Positions 1-10,901 of a DNA stretch of 64,000 bases are shown in pieces. The translations under genes and the position numbers were made by a program. Under the pieces are notes generated by a model. It searched no databases, had not been told where the DNA came from, and saw nothing but the letters and a program-made list of their open reading frames with translations. The DNA comes from Ignavibacteriota bacterium (GTDB lineage: Bacteria; Bacteroidota; Ignavibacteria; UBA10030; UBA6906). Location of the stretch: contig CAWEHG010000034.1 in assembly GCA_963808715.1 (NCBI GenBank), positions 35,909 to 99,908 of the forward strand, in the 5' to 3' direction. Numbering within the stretch: the first letter of the stretch is position 1; each line of letters opens with the position of its first letter.

Positions 1-1949
1 GGGAGATGGCCCGCCCTACGTCGTGCACCGAAGTGAAGCCGGTGACGTCGACCTTTCCGGTCTCCGTGTCCACCTCCACTTCGGCGACGTTCGCGCCGTA
101 GACGAACGTGAAGTACGCCTCCCCTCTTCCGGAGGCTTCCTGCCACGATGTGGGCGGGGCCTTGTACCACCCGAAGCCGAACATCGGGCGCCCCTGGGCG
201 AAGCAGGCGGCGGCGACCTCGGAGAACGAGGCCAGGTGCTCTCCCGTCCGGCGATCCGCCAGATACCCTCCCCGCAACACCAGGTCCGCGGGGTTTCGAG
301 AGACCATCTGCCCGCCGGCGGCGAGAAGGTGTTCCCGCACATGTTCGGCGGCGGCTTTTGCCGCGGAACCTCCCATGATGGTCCCGCGCGACGCGACCGT
401 CGGGCCGGAATCGGGAACACGGCTCGTGTTGGTGTTGAGGAAGACGATCCTGTCCATCGGGATCCCCAGCACCTCGGCGGCGATCTGTGACATCTGCGTC
501 TGCGCCCCCTGCCCCATGTCGGTGATCCCTGACGAAACGATCACACTGCCGTCGGTCTGCACCGACACGATGGCGCCCGCGGCGTCGGTTCCCTCGGCTC
601 CCAGCGACACCCCCCGGTAGCTGCAGGCCAGCCCGATGCCGCGTTTCACGGGGGAGTTCGGCGCGGAGCGGCAGGAGTTCCACTTCCGGAGAAAATCTGA
701 TGTCTCGGCGGCCTTTGTCAGGACCTCCTTCAGGCTGACCGTGTGCTCCAGCCTCTGGCCGGTGGCGGTGACATCCCCCCGCTCGAAACCGTTCTGCAGA
801 CGGATGGAGAGCGGGTCTCTCCCGACCCGGCGTGCGAGCTCGTCCATCATCGATTCGATCGCGAAGTTGACCTGCGGCGAGCCGAACCCCCTCATCGCGC
901 CGGTGTAGGTGTTGTTGGTGTAGACCGCGAAGACATCGGTGGACACGTTGGCACAGCGGTACGGACCGGCGGCCTGCACCACCGATCGCCAGGTGACGAA
1001 CGGACTCATCGATGCGTACGCGCCCCCGTCGGCGATGCATCGGATCTCCATCGCGGTGATGGAGCCGTCATTGCGCGCCCCCCATCGATAGTAGAGAACG
1101 TACGGATGTCGCTTGTAGCTCTCCAGCATCGACTCTTCGCGCGAATTGACGATCTTGACCGGTTTCCCGGTCCGGAGCGCCAGCAGCGCCGCCCTGCAAC
1201 ACATGGCGGTCATCACTTCGTCCTTCCCGCCGAACGATCCCCCGAGCGTCGACTGGATCAGCTGCACCCGGTTCAGATCCAGGTCAAGCGCATCCGCCAC
1301 CGACCGCCGCGAGGAGAAGAGGTTCTGGATCGAGCCGGTGATGCGGACCCCTCCGTGCTCCGCGGGTTCCGCCAGAACGCATTCCGGCTCGATGTACGCG
1401 TGCTCGATGCGCGGGGTCCGGAACGTCCGTTCGATGACGAAGTCCGCTTCCGCGAATCCTTTCTGCAGATCTCCCGCGCGGACCTTGTGGTGCACGAACA
1501 CATTTCCTTCTTCGTGGATCTGTCACGGCCTCCGGTCGCATCGCCTCTTCCGGATCGTCCAGCACGGGGAGCGGCTCATAGGTGACGTCGATGAGCTGGA
1601 GGGCCTGCCGGGCGATCCCGTCCGTCGTCGCTGCGACGAGCGCCACGGCGTCGCCGAGATAGCGGACCCGGTCATCCGCGAGGATCCGCTGGTTCTTCGT
1701 GACGATCCCGAAAGTGTTGCTGCCGGGAACATCTTGCGCGGTCAGCACGGCGGCGACCCCATCGAGCGCCTTCGCACGGGTGACGTCGATCCGCAGGATC
1801 TTCGCGTGCGGATGGGGAGGTCTGAGCACCCGGCCGACGAGCTGGTGAGCAAGGTTGTGGTCGTCGGCGAATTTCGCCCGGCCGGTCACCTTGCCGACGG
1901 CGTCCACCCGCCGCCGCGTGGTGCCGATGATCTCAAACGGAGAGGGCAT
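1..1949 (-). CDS. Xanthine dehydrogenase/CO dehydrogenase-family molybdopterin-binding large subunit (CoxL/XdhD-like). 5'-partial at the window edge, with an apparent frameshift near 1510-1520.
   Basis: The N-terminus MPSPFEIIGTTRRRVDAVGKVTGRAKF...TYEPLPVLDDPEEAM is a typical a/b-hammerhead start. After about position 1515 the homologous frame changes (IHEEGNVFVHHKVRAGDL...VIERTFRTPRIEHAYIEPE). The ATG at 1947-1949 overlaps the stop of the upstream amidohydrolase. Confidence 0.6.
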
Positions 1950-3240
1950 GCATGCTCTCCCAGAGTTTCTGTGCGGCCCGCGGACATTCCGCAAGAAGCG
2001 CGCGCTCGTCCACGCGCACGAATCGGCGGTCGCGGAGCACCCAGCGTCCGTCCACCAGTACCGACCTGACCATCGACGAGTCAAGCCCGAACAGCAGGTG
2101 CGAAGGAAGCGTCCCGGCGTCCACTGGAGACGGAGGTGCGTACTCCAGGAACACGAGGTCGGCGACCGCCCCCGGAGCGAACGAGCCGAACGATCCGCCG
2201 AACAGCCCGGCCGCCAGACGGCAGCCTCCGGCAAGGAGGGCGATCATGGAGCGGACGTCAGTACGTCCGTCGGCCTGTTCCTGCCCTCTCAGATAGCCGG
2301 CGCGGGCCTCTTCCCAGAGGTCCGCCGGCCAGCCGTCGGTGCCGAGCGCGGCCCGGTCCCCGAACAACTGGACCGGCGCTCGTCCCACGCCGTTGTTCAT
2401 GTTCGAGCGGGGGTTGTGGATCAGCCAGGCGCCGGATCCACGCAGTTCCGCGAATTCTTCATCCTGGAGGTGAACGCAATGGGCGAAGACGGATCCGTTC
2501 CGCAGGACCGCCGACCGCCGGAATCGCTCGAGGATCGTCGACCCGTGCGTAGCCCGCGTGAGATCCAGATCGGACCGGTCCTCCGCAAGGTGGATATGGA
2601 CCCCCGTGTCGTAGCGCCGGGCCAGAGCCCCCAGCGCTTCGAGCGTGGCATCCGAAAGGGTGAACGACGCGTGCGCTCCCACGAGGCCGCGGCAAAGCTT
2701 CCCCGGAGCACGGAGGAACCGTTCGTTCTCCGCCAGAGCTTCGTCTCTGCAGCGGGAACCGTCCCTGTCCGAGGTTTCGTAGCAGAGGACGCCGCGGACC
2801 CCGACCTCCCGCACCACGTTCGCGATGATGTCGAGCGATCCACCGATCGCGTTCGGGGAGGAGTGGTGATCGACGATGGTCGTGACGCCGCAACGGACGG
2901 CCTCCAGCACTCCGGCAACGGCGCTTGCCCTGATCGTGTCGGCATCGAGCGCTCGGTCCAGTCTCCACCAGATCTTTGCGAGCCGGTCCGGGAAATCTTT
3001 CGGCGGCTTTTCCGGGAAGGGCATGCCGCGGGAGAGTGACGAATAGAGATGCGTGTGCGCGCAGACCAATCCCGGGAGTACCACGAGCCCGGCGCAATCC
3101 AGAACCTCGTCGCCCGGCCCTGGCCGGAGGTCCGCCCCCCTGGCCGCGATCGTACCCCCGGAGATCCGGAGATCACCGGAAAAGACCCCCGGCGGGTCCA
3201 ACGTCCAGCATTCTGCGTTCTTGAGGAGGATGTCGTTCAT
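1933..3240 (-). CDS. Metal-dependent amidohydrolase (SsnA / chlorohydrolase / guanine-cytosine deaminase-like)
   Basis: Motifs VLPGLVCAHTHLYSS, HIHLAED and HCVHL match the amidohydrolase superfamily. The start ATG at 3238-3240 overlaps the TGA of the upstream gene (ATGA overlap). Confidence 0.75.
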   Translation of the reverse strand: MNDILLKNAECWTLDPPGVFSGDLRISGGTIAARGADLRPGPGDEVLDCAGLVVLPGLVCAHTHLYSSLSRGMPFPEKPPKDFPDRLAKIWWRLDRALDADTIRASAVAGVLEAVRCGVTTIVDHHSSPNAIGGSLDIIANVVREVGVRGVLCYETSDRDGSRCRDEALAENERFLRAPGKLCRGLVGAHASFTLSDATLEALGALARRYDTGVHIHLAEDRSDLDLTRATHGSTILERFRRSAVLRNGSVFAHCVHLQDEEFAELRGSGAWLIHNPRSNMNNGVGRAPVQLFGDRAALGTDGWPADLWEEARAGYLRGQEQADGRTDVRSMIALLAGGCRLAAGLFGGSFGSFAPGAVADLVFLEYAPPSPVDAGTLPSHLLFGLDSSMVRSVLVDGRWVLRDRRFVRVDERALLAECPRAAQKLWESMHALSV

Positions 3241-4475
3241 CAGTTCCCCAGCGCCTCCTCCACCGCGACGAGCGAAGGGGGGATGGACCGTTCGCTCCCG
3301 GCGGCCTGGCGGGCCGCGCGGATGTCTTTCAGGCCGCTGCCGGTGATCACCACCAGCGCCGATTCCGATCTGCCGATGAGACCCGTCGCCAGCGCCCTGC
3401 GCAGACCGGCAATGCCGGTGACCGCCGCCGGCTCGCCGAAGACCCCGCCAAGCCTGGCCGTGAGCCGCATCGCGTCGAGGATCTCCTCGTCTTCCACCGC
3501 CACCATGGCCCCGTGTGAATCCTTGATCTGCGCGATGGCGCGCCGCCAGTTGCGCGGCATTCCCACGGCGATGCTGTCCGCCACCGTCGCGGGTTCGCAC
3601 GGGACCAGCGGCGTGCCCGAGGTAAAGGCGTCGACGACGGGCCGGGCACCCTCCGCCTGCACCCCCAGGAGACGCGGCATCCTCGGGATACGGCCGAGAC
3701 GCACCATCTCCCCCAATCCTTTGCCGATCCCTCCCAGAGTGCAGCCGTCCCCTACCGATACGACCACCCAGTCGGGGAGCCGGCCGGCACACTGCTCGGC
3801 GATCTCCAGCCCGGCGGTCTTTTTCCCTTCGACCAGGAAGGGGTTGGTTCCGCTGTTGCGGCTGTACCAGCCGAACCTGGAACATGCCTGTCGACAGAGT
3901 TCGAACGCTTCCGCATAGGAGCCGCGCACCCGGAAGACCGTGGCTCCGAAGATGAGCAGTTGCGCCACCTTCGGCTCGGGTGCCGCCTGGGGGACAAAGA
4001 TGTAGGCGGAAAGTCCGGCGGCGGCAGCCATGCCGGCAAGTGACGATGCGGCGTTCCCCGTCGACGCGCAGGCGATCTTCGTGTAGCCGAATTCCAGAGC
4101 CTTCATCACGCCGACCGAGCTGGCCCGGTCCTTGAACGAGGCGGTGGGATTACGGCCGTCGTCCTTCAGCAGGAGTTTCGCCGCACCGATCTCCGCCGCC
4201 AGACGCGGGAGATCATAGACCGGCGTCCATCCGACGACCGGGTGGGGCGGAACTGCATCGGGGGAAACCGGGAGCATCTCGCGGTACCTCCAGTGGTCGG
4301 CTGAGCGCGATGCCAGGATGTTGCCGGTCATTGCCGCAGAGATCCTCTCGTAGTCGTATTCCACGTCGAGGATCCCCTCGGCGCCGCACCGCGGGCAGGT
4401 CTGGAGGTCGCCGTGAGGGTAGACCGCATCGCACAGGAGACAGCGGAGGCCGGTCACGAACGGAGGGGCGGTCAT
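3240..4475 (-). CDS. Threonine synthase-like fold-type II PLP-dependent enzyme with an N-terminal Cys4 zinc ribbon
   Basis: CLLCDAV...CPRCG zinc ribbon, then NPTASFKDRASSV (PLP-lysine motif of the ThrC/TrpB family) and a Gly-rich loop GSGLKD. Translationally coupled on both sides. Confidence 0.7.
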   Translation of the reverse strand: MTAPPFVTGLRCLLCDAVYPHGDLQTCPRCGAEGILDVEYDYERISAAMTGNILASRSADHWRYREMLPVSPDAVPPHPVVGWTPVYDLPRLAAEIGAAKLLLKDDGRNPTASFKDRASSVGVMKALEFGYTKIACASTGNAASSLAGMAAAAGLSAYIFVPQAAPEPKVAQLLIFGATVFRVRGSYAEAFELCRQACSRFGWYSRNSGTNPFLVEGKKTAGLEIAEQCAGRLPDWVVVSVGDGCTLGGIGKGLGEMVRLGRIPRMPRLLGVQAEGARPVVDAFTSGTPLVPCEPATVADSIAVGMPRNWRRAIAQIKDSHGAMVAVEDEEILDAMRLTARLGGVFGEPAAVTGIAGLRRALATGLIGRSESALVVITGSGLKDIRAARQAAGSERSIPPSLVAVEEALGN

Positions 4476-6794
4476 GGGGTTGCCTCACGTGCAGGAACGC
4501 GCCGGTTGCGCAGCGCCTCCGCAGAAAGCAGGATCACTTCGGTGGTCGCCGGCAGCCCGAACGGCGGTTCGACCTCGTGGTGCGCAACCGCCGAGAGGGC
4601 ATCCTTGACCGCCAGCCAGACCGAGAGGGCGAGCATGAACGGTGGCTCTCCCACCGCTTTGCTTCTCCCCACCACTCCGGGGTTGGGAAACCCCGGGAGG
4701 AAGTCGACCCGGAAGTCGAGGGGCACATCCTGTACGGTCGGGATCTTATAGGTGTCCGGCGAATGGGTCAGCAGGTGTCCGCCGTCGTCCCACAGGATCT
4801 CCTCGGTCGTCACCCAGCCTACTCCCTGGAGAAAACCTCCCGTGACCTGGCCGAGGTCGATCCCCCGGTTCACCGTTTCCCCGACGTCGTGGAGAATGTC
4901 GGTCCGAAGCAAACAGAGACGCCCCGTCAGCAGGTCCACCTCCACCTCGGAGACCGCCATCCCGAACGCGAAGTAGTGGAAGGGCCGGCCTTCGAACTTC
5001 TGCTTGTCCCAGCCGATGCCCGGCGTCCGGTAGAAGCCCGTGGCGCTCAAGCTCACCTGGCGCAACCGCATCTGTGCCATCGCCTCGGCGAACGGGAGCC
5101 GGCGCGAAGGATGTTTGTGCGTCGAAGATGACGTTTCCCTGGAACCGGATGTCCGCGGGTTTCGTGGCCTCTCCACCGCCGGATCCGGAGAGGATCGGGG
5201 CAAGGGCCCGGGAGATCCGGTCTTTCAGCGTTTCCACAGCGTCCAGCACGGCCGCGCCGTTCAGGTCGGTTCCGGTGGAGGCCGCGGTCGGCGGCGTATT
5301 GGGGACCTTGTCGGTCGCGGTCGGACTCACCCGGACGCGATCAAGATCGACGCCGAATCCGGTCGCGGCGATCTGCCGGATCTTCGTGTGGATCCCCTGT
5401 CCCATTTCCGTGCCGCCATGGTTGACGAGGACCGTCCCGTCGTCGTACACGAGCACGAGCGCGCCGGCCTGGTTCAGGAAACTCGTGGTGAAGGAGATGC
5501 CGAACTTCACCGGCGTCATCGCGAGCCCGCGTTTCCGGAACTCCTGCCGTGCGTTGAACTGCCGGACGGCTTCGCGCCGCGAGGCATAGTCCGAGGAGCG
5601 TGTGAGTTGCTCGTGGATGACGGGGAGCCTGTTCCGTTCGACCACCTGCCCGTAGTGGGTCTCGTTCCGGGTTTCCGTCCCGTAGTAGTTGCGGCGCCGG
5701 ACCTCGGCAGGGTCCAGCCGCAGGGAACGCGCGACCCTGTCGATCACCTCTTCCATCACGGCCATCCCCTGCGGCCCGCCGAATCCCCGGAACGCGGTGT
5801 TGGAGGGATGGTGCGTCTTCCAGACGCGCGCGCTGACCGACATCGCCGGGACGTAGTAGGCGTTGTCGCAGTGGAGCATGGCCCGTTCCATGATCGCGTG
5901 CGAGAGGTCCGTCGCCATGCCGGCGTCGCTGTTCAGCTCGAAACGTGCCGCCAGCAGCCGACCCTCGCCGTCGTACCCGGCCTCGTAGCGCGAGAGGAAC
6001 CGGTGGCGTTTGCCGGTGATGATCATGTCGTCGTCACGGAACAGGCGGATCTTGACCGGACGTCCCGTCGCGCGGGCCAGGAGCGCCGCCCAGCAGGCGA
6101 CATGGTTGGCCTGGGTCTCCTTCCCTCCGAACCCACCGCCGATACGCCGGACCTCCACGTTGACCTGGTGCTTGCGGATCCCCAGGACCTCAGCAACCAG
6201 CGTCTGCGTTTCCGAAGGGTTCTGGGACGAAGCATGGACGGACATCGTTCCCTGCTCTCCGGGGATGCAGAGGGCAGCCTGCGATTCGAGGTACCAGTGC
6301 TCCTGCGCACCGGTACGCAATTCCCCCTGGATCCTGTGCGGGGAGGACCGGAGCGCTGCCTCCACGTCCCCTCTCGAGACCGAGCGGGGACTTCCGAGCA
6401 TGGAATTGGCGGCGATGGCCTCGTCGATGGTCAGGATCGCCGGAAGCGGATCGTAGTGCACCGTGATCAACGACGCCGCACGGCGGCACTGGTCCTCGGT
6501 CTCCGCAGCAACGAGAAAGACGGCCTGTCCGCAACACAACACCTCCGCCTCCGCAAGGCAGGGCTCGTCCTGGACCACGGGACCCATCTGATTGTGGCCG
6601 GGAACATCGCGATGGGAGAGCACGGCGTGAACCCCGGGCACTGCGCGCGCCGCGGTCAGGTCGAATGACACGATGCGGGCGTGGGCAAGCGGACTGGTGA
6701 CCACCAGGCCGGCCAGTGCGGGGATCGCGATGTCGTCGACGTAGACCGCCTCGCCGGTGACGTGCAGCTCTGCACTCTCGTGGGGATGGTCCAT
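4472..6794 (-). CDS. xdhB: Xanthine dehydrogenase molybdopterin-binding subunit (XdhB-like), with an apparent 1-bp frameshift near 5100
   Basis: MDHPHESAELHVTGEAVYVDDI, GGGFGGKE, GQGIHTKI and ...RRLPFAEAMAQMRLRQ... are all xanthine dehydrogenase/aldehyde oxidase motifs. The C-terminal 240 aa continue in a different frame (ORF 4472..5203). Confidence 0.7.
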
Positions 6795-6808
6795 GGTCTC
6801 GTGCCGGC

Positions 6809-8260
6809 CTATGCCGTCCTCGTCTCGTCCCAGAGTTTCAGCAGGAGGTTCCTGGCCGCGACCCGCCGCATCCCGGCGCTGCCCCGGACGTCGGAGATCG
6901 GCGAGAAGTCGGAATCCAGGATCTCCATGGCCTGCTCGACCGTGGAGCGAACCCAGGGCTTTCCTTTCAGGAAAGCTTCGGTGTGTTTCGCGCGGGTGGG
7001 ACGATCCGCCATGCCGCCATAGGCGAGCACCACGCGGGTGACGAGGGATCTTTCGCCCAGCTCCAGCCGGAATCCCCCGCTCACGGTGGCGATGTCCAGG
7101 TCCCTGCGTCGTGATACCTTGTAGGCACGCAGCACGGTCCCGGCTTCGGGGCGAGGGATCAACACCCTCGAGATCAGTTCTCCCGCGGCAAGAGCAGTGC
7201 GACGGTAGCCCGTGAAGAAATCGGCGGCCGGTATCTGCCGTTCGCCCCCGGGACCCGCGGCCACCACGATCGCATCGTAGGCGATCAGGACCGGAGGCAG
7301 ATCGCCGATGGGCGAAGCGGTTCCGAGGTTCCCGCCGATCGTGGCGACGTTCCTGATCTGTCTGGCGGCAAAGACCTCCAGCATTGCGTGGAGCGCCGGC
7401 ACGCGTTCGCGGGTGAATTCTCTGATCCGGCAGAGCGGCAATCCCGCACCGATGACCAGCGTTCCGTCCTCCTCCTGGATCGATCGCAGTTCGTCGATCG
7501 CTGACAGATCCAGGATGGTATCGAGCACGTCATGCTTCTTGGTGACGCGCAGCGCGACGTCGGTCGCCCCGGCGACGACCGTCGCATCCGGATGTTCGGC
7601 CAGGATCCCCAGCGCCCCGGGGAGGGTCTGCGGCCGGAAGTACCGCGCACCGGGGGTCTCGACGCGCAGCGGCTCCTGAGGCATGGCATTCAGCAGATGG
7701 AGGATCCGGGGAGCGTCGCCGGTGAAATGGTCCGGGCCGGTCCGGCGGCAGGCCTCGGCACAGGCATCGATGACGCTCTGGTAGCCCGTGCAGCGGCAGA
7801 GGTTCCCTGCGAGTGCCGCGCGGATCTCGTCGGTGCCCGCCCCGGGGTGCTCTTTATAGAGAGCGAACATCGACATGACCAGCCCCGGAGTGCAGAAACC
7901 GCACTGGCTCCCGTACATCCGGACCATCGCTTCCTGCACAGGATGCAGCTCTCCCGACGGTGCCCGGAGATCTTCCACGGTGATCAGCTGCTGGCCGTCG
8001 AGCATCGGTAGAAAGATGAGGCACGAATCGACCGCGCGGTAGTGGAGGCGTCCGTTGACGGGAGCGGCAAGAACCACGGTACATGCGCCGCAGTCTCCCT
8101 CGGCACATCCCTCTTTGACCCCTTTGCGGTTCGGCAGGGAGCGCAGGTAGTTCAGCACCGTGGTTGTCGGGGCCGGGGCACCCTCCAGGCCGAGGTCCAG
8201 CGCGACGGCCCGGCCGTCCAGGACGAAGTGTACGGAGGATCTCACGTGAGGCTCTCCCAT
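6809..8260 (-). CDS. xdhA: Xanthine dehydrogenase small subunit (2Fe-2S ferredoxin + FAD-binding, XdhA-like)
   Basis: EGCAEGDCGACTV and CGFCTPG 2Fe-2S motifs, then an FAD-binding/CO-dehydrogenase flavoprotein-like region. Start chosen at the internal Met before VHFVLDG. Confidence 0.7.
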   Translation of the reverse strand: MGEPHVRSSVHFVLDGRAVALDLGLEGAPAPTTTVLNYLRSLPNRKGVKEGCAEGDCGACTVVLAAPVNGRLHYRAVDSCLIFLPMLDGQQLITVEDLRAPSGELHPVQEAMVRMYGSQCGFCTPGLVMSMFALYKEHPGAGTDEIRAALAGNLCRCTGYQSVIDACAEACRRTGPDHFTGDAPRILHLLNAMPQEPLRVETPGARYFRPQTLPGALGILAEHPDATVVAGATDVALRVTKKHDVLDTILDLSAIDELRSIQEEDGTLVIGAGLPLCRIREFTRERVPALHAMLEVFAARQIRNVATIGGNLGTASPIGDLPPVLIAYDAIVVAAGPGGERQIPAADFFTGYRRTALAAGELISRVLIPRPEAGTVLRAYKVSRRRDLDIATVSGGFRLELGERSLVTRVVLAYGGMADRPTRAKHTEAFLKGKPWVRSTVEQAMEILDSDFSPISDVRGSAGMRRVAARNLLLKLWDETRTA

Positions 8261-9630
8261 CCCCGGACCGCGCGTCGGAGGAACCTTCCCTCTCCCCGGT
8301 TTCCGAGCCATGACGGGCCGCGGACGATGATCTTCCCCCGTGCGATCACGGTCTCCGCGGCCCCCGTCACCTCGATCCCTTCATACAGGGAGTAGTCCAC
8401 GCGCATGTGTTGGGACATGGCCGTGATCTTCCGCTTGCCACGGGGGTTCCAGATGACGACGTCGGCGTCGCTTCCCGGCGCGAGGGCCCCCTTTCGGGGG
8501 AAGAGGCCGAAGATCTTGGATGGGAGGGTTGACACCAGGTCCACCCACCGCCGGACGGTCAGTTTCCGCAACGCGACGCCAAAATGATAGAGCAGTTCAA
8601 GCCGGTGTTCGATCCCCGGTCCGCCGTTCGGGATCCGGGTGAAATCCGTCGTATCCGCGAGCTTCTGCGTCGCGAAGAAGAAGGGGCAGTGATCCGTGGA
8701 AACCACCTGCAGGGTGCCCGCGGCAAGAGCTTTCCAGAGCGCCTCCTGGTCGGGGTAGCCGCGCAGAGGCGGAGTGAGGACGAACTTCGCCCCTTCCCCT
8801 CCTGGCCTGGCGAGGTCGTCCGCGTTCAGCAGAAGGTAATGAGGACAGGTTTCCCCGAACACAGGGAGTCCGCGGTCGCGGGCAGCGGTGATCTCATCGA
8901 GCGCCATGCTGCAGCTGACGTGGACGACGTAGAGCGGCGCGCCTGCCTGTTCCGACAGAAGGATCGCCCGGCGGGTCGCTTCCGCCTCCGTCTCCGGGGG
9001 GCGCGTGAGGGCATGGTACACCGGCGAGGTATACCCCGCGGCCAGGGCCTTCGCCGTCAGCCCGGCGATCGCGGGGCCGTTCTCCGCGTGGACACAGACG
9101 AGGGCGCCGAGCTGACGCGCTTCCCTGAGCACCCGCAGGATCGCCGCGTCATCGAGCATCAGCACGCCCGGGTAGGCCATGAACACCTTGAAGCTGGTGA
9201 CGCCGGCCTCGACCATCTCCCGCAGCTCCGCCGTGCGCCCCTCCGGGAGATCCACGACGATCATGTGCAGGCCGTAGTCGACCGTGGCCCCTTCAGCCTT
9301 GCGTCGCCATGCCGCCAGCGTGGCCCCGAGCGGTTCGCCCGGTCGCTGGGTAGCGAAGTCGACGATGCAGGTCGTCCCACCAAAAGCCGCCGCCCGCGTG
9401 CCGGTCTCGAAGTCGTCGCTCGAGACGGTCCCGCCGACCGGTGCGTCCAGATGCGTGTGGACGTCGACCCCGCCGGGGATCACCCAGCGCCCCGAGGCGT
9501 CGATCACGGTCTGCCCGTGGCGCGGGAGATCGCGTCCGACCGCCGCGATGGTCTCTCCATCGATGAGCAGGTCTGCGACGACTTCGGCCTCCGGGGTGAC
9601 GACCCGGCCGTTGACGATCAGGATGGACAT
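8242..9630 (-). CDS. Dihydropyrimidinase / D-hydantoinase (cyclic amidohydrolase)
   Basis: MSILIVNGRVV...GGVDVHTHLD, FKVFMAY and VSTDHCPF are hydantoinase/dihydropyrimidinase signatures. Confidence 0.75.
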   Translation of the reverse strand: MSILIVNGRVVTPEAEVVADLLIDGETIAAVGRDLPRHGQTVIDASGRWVIPGGVDVHTHLDAPVGGTVSSDDFETGTRAAAFGGTTCIVDFATQRPGEPLGATLAAWRRKAEGATVDYGLHMIVVDLPEGRTAELREMVEAGVTSFKVFMAYPGVLMLDDAAILRVLREARQLGALVCVHAENGPAIAGLTAKALAAGYTSPVYHALTRPPETEAEATRRAILLSEQAGAPLYVVHVSCSMALDEITAARDRGLPVFGETCPHYLLLNADDLARPGGEGAKFVLTPPLRGYPDQEALWKALAAGTLQVVSTDHCPFFFATQKLADTTDFTRIPNGGPGIEHRLELLYHFGVALRKLTVRRWVDLVSTLPSKIFGLFPRKGALAPGSDADVVIWNPRGKRKITAMSQHMRVDYSLYEGIEVTGAAETVIARGKIIVRGPSWLGNRGEGRFLRRAVRGWESLT

Positions 9631-9758
9631 GTGATAGCAAAGTAGTGCACACAATATCGAGAATCAATCGGCCTGGAGGGGGGGACGTTGATTTTTGTCG
9701 CAGAATTACGGAATTTGGACAAGAGACTGCTCTTTTCCCCGATCACTACGAGGTCGCC

Positions 9759-10835
9759 ATGCACAAGAAACTGTTCATTCCCGGTCCCACAGAAGTGCAT
9801 CCTGACGTTCTGGCGAAGATGGCCACGCCGATGATCGGCCACCGCTCCAAGGACGCGTCGAAGCTCCAGCGGGAGATCACGGAGAAGCTGCGACAGGTGT
9901 TCCACACCCAGAACCCGATCCTGCTGTCGACCACCTCCGGCTCGGGGCTGATGGAGGGTTCCATCCGCTCGATGACCGCGAAACGGGCGGCGGTCTTCTC
10001 GGTCGGGGCGTTCGGCAACCGCTGGGCCAAGATGGCCGAGGCCAACAACGTTCCGGTCGACAAGTTCGAGTCGAAATGGGGGGAACCGACGACGCCCGAA
10101 ATGGTGGACAAGGCCCTCGCCACCGGCAAGTACGACGTCTTCACCGTGACCCACAACGAGACCAGCACCGGCGTGATGAATCCGTTCGACGAGATCGCCG
10201 AGGTGCGCCGGAAGTATCCCGACGTGCTCTGGCTGGCGGACGCGGTCAGCTCCATGGCCGGCGCCAAGATCGAAGTGGACAAGCTGGGCATCGACCTCTG
10301 CATCACCTCGACCCAGAAGGCCCTGGCCCTTCCGCCCGGGATGGCCATCTGCAGCGTGACGCCGCGCGCCCTGGAGCACGGCAAGCAGATCAAATATCGC
10401 GGCTGGTACCTGGATATCCTGGAGCTCTACAAGTACGTCGAGACCAAGGACCACCAGTATTCCGCCACCCCGTCGCTGTCGCACATGTTCGCGATGAACT
10501 TCCAGCTGGACCGGATCCTGGCGGAAGGCCTGGAGAAGCGGTATGCGCGCCACAAAGAGATGGCGGAGTACACCCGCGCCTGGGCAAAGAACACCTTCGC
10601 GCTCTTCCCGGTGGAACGCTACGCATCGGTGACCCTCACCACCATCACCAACACGAAGAACATCAACGTCGCCAACCTGAACAGCGAGCTGGGGAAGGTG
10701 GGGTTGCAGATCTCCAACGGTTACGGCGACCTGAAGGAGAAGACCTTCCGGATCGCGCACATGGGAGAGCTGACGATGGCCGACATCAAGGAGGTCATCG
10801 GCGCGATCGACAAGGTCCTCCCGACCCTGAAGTAA
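9759..10835 (+). CDS. Class V aminotransferase (serine-pyruvate/alanine-glyoxylate aminotransferase-like)
   Basis: MHKKLFIPGPTEV start. The full-length fold resembles AGXT/SPT, with the conserved TQKAL(A) PLP-lysine region. Confidence 0.8.
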   Translation: MHKKLFIPGPTEVHPDVLAKMATPMIGHRSKDASKLQREITEKLRQVFHTQNPILLSTTSGSGLMEGSIRSMTAKRAAVFSVGAFGNRWAKMAEANNVPVDKFESKWGEPTTPEMVDKALATGKYDVFTVTHNETSTGVMNPFDEIAEVRRKYPDVLWLADAVSSMAGAKIEVDKLGIDLCITSTQKALALPPGMAICSVTPRALEHGKQIKYRGWYLDILELYKYVETKDHQYSATPSLSHMFAMNFQLDRILAEGLEKRYARHKEMAEYTRAWAKNTFALFPVERYASVTLTTITNTKNINVANLNSELGKVGLQISNGYGDLKEKTFRIAHMGELTMADIKEVIGAIDKVLPTLK

Positions 10836-10850
10836 CGATGTTCCATCCAT

Positions 10851-10882
10851 CCCCGTCCCGCTCCGGCGGGACGGGGGTTTCC
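10851..10882 (+). terminator. GC-rich hairpin (10-bp stem cccgtcccgc / gcgggacggg) followed by GGTTTCC; candidate intrinsic terminator
   Basis: Perfect inverted repeat at 10852-10875, immediately after the aminotransferase stop. The U-tract is weak. Confidence 0.4.
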
Positions 10883-10901
10883 CTGACTATCCGAATTCTC
10901 C

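Noticed and set aside
743-2069. Long plus-strand ORFs (743..1585, 1146..2069) opposite the CoxL-like gene
   Set aside because: Arg/Asp/Gly-rich antisense translations with no motifs. Typical GC-driven spurious ORFs; the homologous gene is on the minus strand.
5040-6668. 542-aa plus-strand ORF antisense to xdhB, and similar long antisense ORFs (16981..18216, 43169..45367, 50370..52781, 35621..37171)
   Set aside because: They lie opposite well-supported genes, have low-complexity Arg/Gly/Pro-rich sequences and no recognisable domains. High GC suppresses stop codons.
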